This document shows positions 58,401-64,000 of a stretch of DNA of 64,000 nucleotides, piece after piece. Position 1 is the first letter of the stretch, and each line of letters begins with the position of its first letter. The notes beneath the pieces are model-generated. The model was not told the DNA's origin. It saw only the letters and a list, made by a program, of their open reading frames with translations, and did no database searches. Source of the stretch: an uncultured virus (IMG/VR IMGVR_UViG_3300032087_004682) (taxonomy: Duplodnaviria; Heunggongvirae; Uroviricota; Caudoviricetes); the IMG/VR virus record IMGVR_UViG_3300032087_004682. One strand, given 5' to 3'. The translations under genes were made by a program, and so were the position numbers.

Positions 58401-61400
58401 GTACATTCCTGTACACCTGAGCCATGAGTTCGCCATCCTTTGTGTACTTGGAAAGCTCTTTGATTAACTCCTTATCCTTAGCGTCAAATGCGTACCCTAC
58501 CTCCATTCCTAACCTTACAGGGACATGGGTTATTTCGTGTACTATTAGGTTAGCTAATGTTTCGTCTGCATTAACAGTTTGCTTCGTGTCATTGTAAAAT
58601 GTGTCGGATATTGCGATTTCATTTTTACCGGGCATATACACAGCAGCAGTCATGTTACCCTCACTTACCCTTGCATACCTACGAAACTCTTCCCATGGCA
58701 TGAACCTAACTCTTACATTCTCCAGGGATGGGTGTCCTCGCATTAAGGATGCCCACATAGTTAAAGCGCTACCGTTCTTATATTTGTCTGTTACTTTGGA
58801 TATAATGTTACCCAATGTATAATTAGCATCAAATGTACCTAATGGGTCACCACTACCTATGAAGTCTTTAATAGCTTGCTTGGCTATCTGCCTAAGCTCT
58901 GGGTATTTCTCCAGAGGATGTTCCTCTCTCGCCATTACATCCACCTCAGTTGCCATACTGCGTTGATGGTCAGCCTCAATTAGTTCTGGTGTAACTGGTG
59001 CCTCTCGGATCTCAATTGGTTTACCCGTGGCAAGATCGGTAAGCTCATCCACCATTGGAATCATTGAGTGTCTGGCATCCTGCTCAGTTGGGCGCGCCAT
59101 CCATGTGGTCTGCAACTTCTCTGGAACTATAGCCTTACCAAAGAATCCTTGAAGGAGATTGGCGTAGTTTGGTATCTCCTTCTCTAGTTTCTTAAATGCC
59201 TTATCAATCTGCTTGTTACGAGCTTCTACATTAGCAGTTTTATTGATTGGGGTTTGGTCTTTAAATATCTGTACTGGGTCCGTGTTATCTAGGAACTCTT
59301 TGTCCTTTGCGTCCTTGCCCTTGCTCCGCATCTTGCCAGCTGTGTCACGACCTACGGTAGCGGTATTCATTACATCCTGAAGAAGCTTGCCAGCCTCCTG
59401 GGAATCCATGCCCTCATTGACCAAGAGACGTTTAATGAAAGCTGCTAGTCTAAATGGATCCCTACGTGCATTATCTACAGTCTTGTCGTTAACTTCTGCT
59501 GGTATAGCACCGCTGAATATTGCATGATCCTGTGCGATCTCAGCGATCTTGGCATACCTTGTCTGCCTATTAACTCTAGTTAAGTCAGCTACACTTAAAG
59601 ACTTATCGGTGATTATGTCACCCAGTGCATCATGTAGTTCACTAATTGGGTTTGCAGCGTCTGAAAAGAAATCTTCTAAGGCTTCATTAAGCCTTATTAC
59701 AGAAGTGTTCTTGGTCAACTGATCTGTCCCGAGGAGTTTCATGCTCAAGTCGGTCAGTCTTTTCTTTTCTGCCCGAGACATGTTCTTGACGCTTGCTAGA
59801 TCTATTGGCTGCTCACCATCCTTGATGATATTACCACCCATCTGGGTACCCTTAGATCTATCCAGTAAGATATTAAACTCAGCTATATCATTAACAAGAT
59901 TAAGTAATTGATTAAACTTGGCGTATCCTTGACCAGCAACCCCTGACATCTTTTTATACAATGTATACGGACTGGTTTTATCAAAGGTCTCCCTCTTAAT
60001 ACCCTCTTCAATTTTGTTACCTTGCTTAACCTTAGTTAAATACCTTGCCTTCTTCTGCTTCGCTAGGATTTCATTATACAGGCGAGTAAGTTCCTCATGT
60101 TTTACAAACTGATTATCCTCATCAATAAAACCATGCACTTCGGTGCCTTTAGACTTTTCTGTATCCTCTTTTATCTTGGTATTTATTGCCTCAAACACAG
60201 CCTCGATTGGCGCATCTACAATAAATAATTCTTTGGCTTTCTCCATAGCCTTGGAGCCCGCCTTATACTTACCCTGCTCCTCTGACTTAAATACATTAGT
60301 ATATGTTTCAAATATACCTAGATTATTCTTTTGATCGTACTTTCTTGCCGGTACGAGCATCTGCTTGTAGGAGTCACCACGCTCCCGCATAGCAAGAAGT
60401 TCAGATGCGTCTTTGCTTATGACATCAGGCTTCTCAATCTGGGTATCTCTCGTTAACCCCTTCTTCTCAAACTCTCTTTGAATCTGTCTTAACTTCCTTA
60501 ATTCAGGCTCATAGTTAACACTCTCCTCCATGCCAGAATCAAAGGTGGTGCGATCCACTGGAGCAGGGAGTCCATCCACTAATGTCTCACCTACATATCC
60601 ACCATATGCTAATTCTTTTCTTAATGATTCTGCGTCATCAAAGTATATGTCATTTGGTTTCTTATTGACCTTATCTTGCATGACAAAACCAACGATTGAA
60701 TGAGTCCCGCCCTTGTCTTGGTTGACCCATTCTGACATCGGCTTGAACTTATCAGAATTAGCATCATATGCGGTAATATTACTTCCGTTCTTTTTTACAG
60801 ATACTACACGAAAGCTGCCAGCTTGCTCGCTTGATTGGTCGTCATTCCTAAAGATCGCAAGTGCCTTGCCCCCACCTTTATCTCCAAACTCAATTTCTCC
60901 AACCCCAATCCCAGACCTAAAGAAATCCCCATCTACATTCTGGTCTAGCTTCTCATCAAAATATACTCGGTCCAATACAACACTATCGGGAATGTTGTTA
61001 TAATCCGTGTAGTCGTCTCGGGTAAATTTTGGTGTAAGATCTATCTCCAGATCACCAATCCTTATGCCATCAAGAGCTTGTGGGGATCCATATTTCTCTA
61101 GCTTCAGATCCTGCACGACATCCCCAGACTCTAAGTGTACATATCCATCCTTCTTGAGTATGGCATTCTTGAGCCTAGTATCTGATCTGATCTCTGCCTC
61201 AAGGTCTTCTTTACTTTCAAACTTTACCTTCTTGAAGCCCTTGCGAGAATTACCTAAGCGAAAAGCTAAGGTGGTTTGTGCCATATCCACATCGGGAAAT
61301 ACATCAGCTAAATCCGTAACCTCATCAACTGGGGCACTCTTACGCTTGGGTGATTTCTCAGTAGGTTTACGCTTCTGCTTGGGTTGTGGTTTGGTAAAGA

Positions 61401-63447
61401 GCTTTGGATCTTCCTCTATGTTTTCGTTTAACTGCTCGGTAAGTTCTGCATCCGCATACTCATCCACAACAATCTTGCCATCACGCTCTGGGTCTTTGGG
61501 GTCGTCAATGATCTCCCGTAATACAAAGTAACTACCGCTACCCTTTCTTCTTAAAATACCTGGTACTTGTTTCTCTTCGTCACGTACCTCAAACAACCTG
61601 TCACTCATGTACTTCTTGCGTGACATGGCAGTCTTCTGGTTCTTGCGGAATGTGACCTCTTCCGCTTCTTTTAAGTCTTTGCTGGTTGGGCGTTGCCAGT
61701 TGAAGTTATCACCAAGTATGCCTGCTTCTTTGAGTATTCTTAGTGCTGCCTTGTTATTTGAGAGTGCTATCTCTTTAAGCTCTGGGTCAAGTGTACCTAA
61801 GAAGTTAGCCATACTTCCATATGTCTGGTTCTGCTTAAAGCCTTCAGAGTTTTGTGCGGATGACAGGAGTGTGTTGTATATGCGTTTGGCGTTCTCAACA
61901 TCTATGTCACTCTTGTTTGTTACATTTTGAGTCTGTAGCTCAGATGTGTAATCATCCTCCAGGGGTTTGAATGTCGCTGTGCCAAGTTCCGCTTCTGGAA
62001 CTTTTGCTTCCTTCTCATCTGGTGACTCAACCTCATCCTCAATTATGTCAGGTGCTTTCTCGGTCTTAACTATTACAGGAGCTGCGACAACCGGGGCTAA
62101 TTCATTGAGTGGTACTTTGACATCATTCGTTACCTCAACCCCATCCTGGTCAATGTCACTTGTACGCACCACCGCTTCATTATTTTTGATGCTTTGTATT
62201 ACACCCGTAACACCAAATGGTTGTGCCACCTCTTGACCTACTTCAAATTCAGCGACCTGTGTTTGTTCTTCTGCGCCCAGTATCTGATCCACATCAGGCT
62301 GTTGCCCGACATCCAGTGTTGGATCCTCAGCCTCGTCATTAATTTTAGTTATGTCTTTCTTGGGTCCACGCACGGCACTAATAGCAGAGAACTGACTACC
62401 GCCCACTGCACCCATAATACCAGCATTGATCATTTCCTCTATCTCTGCATCCGAGAAATCAAACTCTTGGCGTACATATTTTTCTGAGGATTTGATGACA
62501 AACTCTTGGAGTGCCTCTGTTGTGCCCTCAAGCAATACACCTTCAGGAAGATTGGCTAACAACCTTTGAAGGTAATCAGAGGACTTTTTGTCACCAATAT
62601 TGATTAGCTTATTCAGCATCTTTCCTGCTGATGCAAAGTCCAAGCCCGCTACAATACCACCACCTACAAATGAAACATTACGAGCGGTATCTGGATCTAT
62701 GTAATCTTCGTGGCTCGGGTCTAGTTGTGTGTATGGATACAATGTAGAGTAAACCTCTCCTGTGCCCATAACTCCAGAGCTTGTACCAACTCCAGCCAAT
62801 GCTCCTGTTTGAAATGCTTTCTTGGTTGCCAGCTTCTCTATCTGGTCATCCGTGGCATCTTTGATTAAAGATTTGAGCTTCTTCTTTATGACACCCTTGG
62901 CTGCTAAACCAGCCACACCACCAGCACCAAATGTAGCCAATGACTCCACGGTGGACGGCAATGCCCCACCAATCAAGTTAGCTGCGTATCTGGCAATTTC
63001 ACCTGGGCGATCCCACCTGACATCTGCATAGCTGTCTATCGTTGGTTGCGCACCAGATGCAGCATCGGCAGATAACTCAGATGCTTTCCTCATGGCTGCG
63101 TCACGAACAGAATCAAATCCAACTGTGTCGGCGAGCAAACCAACACCACTATATCCCATCTGACCTAAGCCGATTGCCTGCCTCCTAAAGCTGGCTAGTG
63201 CGTCATCAACTACACCTCTACCCTCTTCTGGTTTATTCTTTTCGTCTAGGTATTTATTTAAAAAGTCACTACCGTGGGCTCTTGCAATATCATCATTCGT
63301 GCCACCAGACTGTATATAGGAATCACCTAATCTTTTGATTAACTCGTGATTACTTACAAGGTCTAGGTCTTCACCCAACTCCTCCAGTCTTGCCCGATAC
63401 TGCTCAGCAACTGGATCATCTATGTCATCTGGAAATAAACTTGGCAT
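52498..63447 (-). CDS. Giant (~3650 aa) virion-associated polyvalent-type protein with zincin motif
   Basis: TAATG-coupled start at 63447; Gly/Ala-rich N-terminus with EG.TE..QE; HEITH...EEFFAE motif; hydrophobic C-terminal helices. Confidence 0.7.
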   Translation of the reverse strand: MPSLFPDDIDDPVAEQYRARLEELGEDLDLVSNHELIKRLGDSYIQSGGTNDDIARAHGSDFLNKYLDEKNKPEEGRGVVDDALASFRRQAIGLGQMGYSGVGLLADTVGFDSVRDAAMRKASELSADAASGAQPTIDSYADVRWDRPGEIARYAANLIGGALPSTVESLATFGAGGVAGLAAKGVIKKKLKSLIKDATDDQIEKLATKKAFQTGALAGVGTSSGVMGTGEVYSTLYPYTQLDPSHEDYIDPDTARNVSFVGGGIVAGLDFASAGKMLNKLINIGDKKSSDYLQRLLANLPEGVLLEGTTEALQEFVIKSSEKYVRQEFDFSDAEIEEMINAGIMGAVGGSQFSAISAVRGPKKDITKINDEAEDPTLDVGQQPDVDQILGAEEQTQVAEFEVGQEVAQPFGVTGVIQSIKNNEAVVRTSDIDQDGVEVTNDVKVPLNELAPVVAAPVIVKTEKAPDIIEDEVESPDEKEAKVPEAELGTATFKPLEDDYTSELQTQNVTNKSDIDVENAKRIYNTLLSSAQNSEGFKQNQTYGSMANFLGTLDPELKEIALSNNKAALRILKEAGILGDNFNWQRPTSKDLKEAEEVTFRKNQKTAMSRKKYMSDRLFEVRDEEKQVPGILRRKGSGSYFVLREIIDDPKDPERDGKIVVDEYADAELTEQLNENIEEDPKLFTKPQPKQKRKPTEKSPKRKSAPVDEVTDLADVFPDVDMAQTTLAFRLGNSRKGFKKVKFESKEDLEAEIRSDTRLKNAILKKDGYVHLESGDVVQDLKLEKYGSPQALDGIRIGDLEIDLTPKFTRDDYTDYNNIPDSVVLDRVYFDEKLDQNVDGDFFRSGIGVGEIEFGDKGGGKALAIFRNDDQSSEQAGSFRVVSVKKNGSNITAYDANSDKFKPMSEWVNQDKGGTHSIVGFVMQDKVNKKPNDIYFDDAESLRKELAYGGYVGETLVDGLPAPVDRTTFDSGMEESVNYEPELRKLRQIQREFEKKGLTRDTQIEKPDVISKDASELLAMRERGDSYKQMLVPARKYDQKNNLGIFETYTNVFKSEEQGKYKAGSKAMEKAKELFIVDAPIEAVFEAINTKIKEDTEKSKGTEVHGFIDEDNQFVKHEELTRLYNEILAKQKKARYLTKVKQGNKIEEGIKRETFDKTSPYTLYKKMSGVAGQGYAKFNQLLNLVNDIAEFNILLDRSKGTQMGGNIIKDGEQPIDLASVKNMSRAEKKRLTDLSMKLLGTDQLTKNTSVIRLNEALEDFFSDAANPISELHDALGDIITDKSLSVADLTRVNRQTRYAKIAEIAQDHAIFSGAIPAEVNDKTVDNARRDPFRLAAFIKRLLVNEGMDSQEAGKLLQDVMNTATVGRDTAGKMRSKGKDAKDKEFLDNTDPVQIFKDQTPINKTANVEARNKQIDKAFKKLEKEIPNYANLLQGFFGKAIVPEKLQTTWMARPTEQDARHSMIPMVDELTDLATGKPIEIREAPVTPELIEADHQRSMATEVDVMAREEHPLEKYPELRQIAKQAIKDFIGSGDPLGTFDANYTLGNIISKVTDKYKNGSALTMWASLMRGHPSLENVRVRFMPWEEFRRYARVSEGNMTAAVYMPGKNEIAISDTFYNDTKQTVNADETLANLIVHEITHVPVRLGMEVGYAFDAKDKELIKELSKYTKDGELMAQVYRNVRDVIIPALRESNNDFGVNVREYSLSSVEEFFAELSSNYELRHLLKKTRMTPEMSKSLGLKQGVFKTVWQWIRRLIARMVGVQPNLLDQADNYLKVITKTAYPLGKYMGNLPFDATIRAQQMLFDFDQKVEEAPSDLPTFWQMFRIKKSDPKVYQKVADVLIVTGSEEMDGQIAYDYGNRLGLNVARLRTEMEKAHRRYWAKNRRYSQIDLPDRFDNKDKYVPHKMRDYGPSNTEVSLDILKSYRHRLYDDYLEVFDEDTPSSEVYEMLESTDMDPGMKNFLRALGREDFFGFDTPAEVLVAIMDEDEFLLNLEVTPDFKASISRYVNYLTEARYSQVKMPPKPSPKPDEAAMVGHTASVAANNEVVRQLTKVFTNLAQNNNLPDTYKGKDGLKKFINEQSGMNIEKNLRDYSKRLGKEVNELSKISIDDQGMNRRGRDRAMIDAVGFLSRARNNARIKKADISDQLVHAKAVVAEFERLLAAARSRKLTPPVELAEAMAEKMVNSMNVPRIEKLLESMKLEGMNVEVADVKALREMPDLKNKVKDTMEAIIEMSDIVETLGKKEIVERIKTSTDKRFDWLKKEGSEYAMHVFADRTVYSRDLYTLYRIATLKDLGEKNTFFEDVEAIASAETKEQAENAYKESGSKGRVGSLLKKLSETKIQSIKVKNERGRDLQYEKLHEAIDGLLLAREARLRTALGELEPVDIRQGATMLVMERRKGENGKYVTSGPVRNQWKLGRFTIRYQNGKMVDRDKFVRLNASTLEFLKDDKAKNSFQQEPWYDAMKEQANRALYEPVGDQYFTVRKQAWMAGIESLNARLNRMGYEGKKLGGMLARTAALFRDVNSDVQYYAKKWNVAYINLLEKMGMNGKEMFTTFYQDVWWYFDNHPEHDGNETEAVNGLWKHLKENGNVPDKSKLNAETKKALVTLIRRTIDARDFEANYNLNVLGNRIKDDFKVQSLIDGETVDFYRRPVDLGYATIPRVLNEGAIANAISILKAPTPENKEFSGKWVPSKSNEDGIYKRLMQLDGRYDLEVVTNAVKELFSEEVVTRWAGNYLKSDNRRSVFYGPNGEEMGNAYVNAVWRNTTRNQSGTDAFVSFLDTVFQDFATDESTDQDRADWYFSMIKQFQRKYDRFHSAFMDIQTQHDAHKTQNMLMNSPRSLDARNHAATLPKEYFYYDSYDEITSAVRLQMMIASSVFGRGGSNANAVRAKADERWSNDKAVFLGLIAEATGAKADGVLSDYSKAVRKRVYDLLRNRPEITKGRTPEATFEDLFANSAAIGEMEIIFDHLNKYYGSGNVAGPFKDANVPLELLGLQSLAVLNNPKSSFWQGLSMTEFPMAYHGLNGMSLKATTKAFTTFIDQTFGGILEAMGINIGRSHIYAEYLANTHFQNSESDLTWKEYISQVGSGGELTGFGMDSATAKKGIRFMKKMAMHNRKSKKKGLRSPVDWKTPLVGMFPYINANINHAVGVGAIFSVESEVLKIAKVIENQGLQNFHNFTAEELGLGAGVFEFFVGQKDGFNQMNNLLESVGAPNLSRLAFDFVQRKKNDPNTPVIEASIGKLINQMAMNEVSGEGFNAKPAALYTNDLWKYAGIFLGWPLWKMARDNRVLQGNSNYVFGKDARTDRATWMAFLKYLGLVSAVYTPAGLAFAMLVDWYDDEVLEKPNNLPPITPWALLPVVGPFMAAEADPNFSIYAITSRLAKAGVPYGMGMDVANSVFSKADPYGAAKEFSLDSRIFAWSMIKNVYDAMGNWMHQGEMDYHNVMRPILYGVGGNSAIQFIDATTAMFDIDIAERRVADYIGVRNIIKKYAWGMGLPLKAPSKGGYRPTPFSINLRQMERAAYNYDTKAFQDAYQDALDVLREEGKANPEREIRNAFKRRMVTKNITDGAMTEQTLQELIGLMDEDEAAKVMRYLQAHDQYSSMIEVSTPTKRQTEAMLYYKYGIEPKRMPSVRKDPRLMALDLY

Positions 63448-63854
63448 TATCTTTTCCTTCCGAAGTGCCACCTTTCCTCAGGGGGTGAGGTTAAGGCATT
63501 GATTGCGCCTTTTGTTACATCCTTAAGAAAAGCTTCAGTTGCTTCACCGCCAACTATTGAGCCTGCGATCCCAGCTCCCACTTTCCCTATGCCTGTGACT
63601 AGAGGATTCGGTGTTGCTGGGAACGCTTTAAAACCCAGCATGAATCCACCTATGTTGCCTGGTGTTTGAGATATAGCTTCTGCAGCTACATCGGTTTTTG
63701 TGCGTATGTCTTCTTCAGGCACTATTTCTGCACGCTGATCCTTGGCGAAGAACTGATACAACTTGCCCAGTTCTTCTTGTGTTGGTTGCTCGCCAGCAAA
63801 CTCAACTTCTACCACTTCTTTTGTAAACGGATTCTCTACTTTTGATATAGGCAC
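63447..63854 (-). CDS. Hypothetical virion-associated protein
   Basis: Gly-rich hydrophobic segment; coupled to the giant gene. Confidence 0.5.
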   Translation of the reverse strand: MPISKVENPFTKEVVEVEFAGEQPTQEELGKLYQFFAKDQRAEIVPEEDIRTKTDVAAEAISQTPGNIGGFMLGFKAFPATPNPLVTGIGKVGAGIAGSIVGGEATEAFLKDVTKGAINALTSPPEERWHFGRKR

Positions 63855-64000
63855 TAGAGCCTCCCTGTCTACTAATTGAAGCGTATAACTCCGTCATCCC
63901 CTTTGCTTACACCAGCGGATCCACCAGCATCTATACCCTCATTAATAACTTCCGCTACCTTATTTCCTGCGATCATTGCTCGAGCATCTTCATCCGTCAT
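63854..64000 (-). CDS. C-terminus of an ORF running in from beyond the window
   Basis: Open frame ending ...ELYASISRQGGL*, with TAG overlapping the next GTG. Confidence 0.5.

Noticed and set aside
52714..63031. Many plus-strand ORFs opposite the giant gene
   Set aside because: Antisense shadows from codon bias; no motifs.
1..64000. Alternative genetic code
   Set aside because: Long ORFs are intact under the standard code, and TAA, TAG and TGA all serve as stops.

Overview
The whole window is part of a temperate dsDNA tailed-phage genome; no host housekeeping genes are visible. Layout: (1) 1-19.6 kb, minus strand: virion and packaging genes (tail-fibre/adhesin-like proteins, holin-like proteins, probable major capsid, scaffold, portal, terminase). 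(2) 19.7-21.9 kb: lysogeny module with a tyrosine integrase, an attP carrying the 3' half of tRNA-Arg(ACG), and a divergent RHH / Xis-like regulator pair. (3) 21.9-29.2 kb, plus strand: recombination and replication (SSAP, Cas4-like nuclease, a RusA split across two overlapping frames, initiator with internal iteron-like repeats, DnaB, SSB, two 2OG-Fe(II) oxygenases). (4) 29-35 kb, minus strand: small basic peptides and probable internal virion proteins. (5) 35.3-49.4 kb, plus strand: early region opening with a ~1.2 kb highly structured non-coding tract, then ligase-like, AAA+, SNF2, JAB/RadC and TGT/DpdA-like genes. (6) A second tyrosine recombinase with an upstream structured RNA and flanking repeats. 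(7) A metallophosphoesterase and a ~3650-aa probable ejected virion protein. Highlights: a GTWAC-N12-GTWAC motif at 13 or more sites at or near gene starts, the large ncRNA candidate, the dual-frame RusA, and the RNA plus recombinase cassette. All product calls come from motif recognition by eye; no database searches were run.
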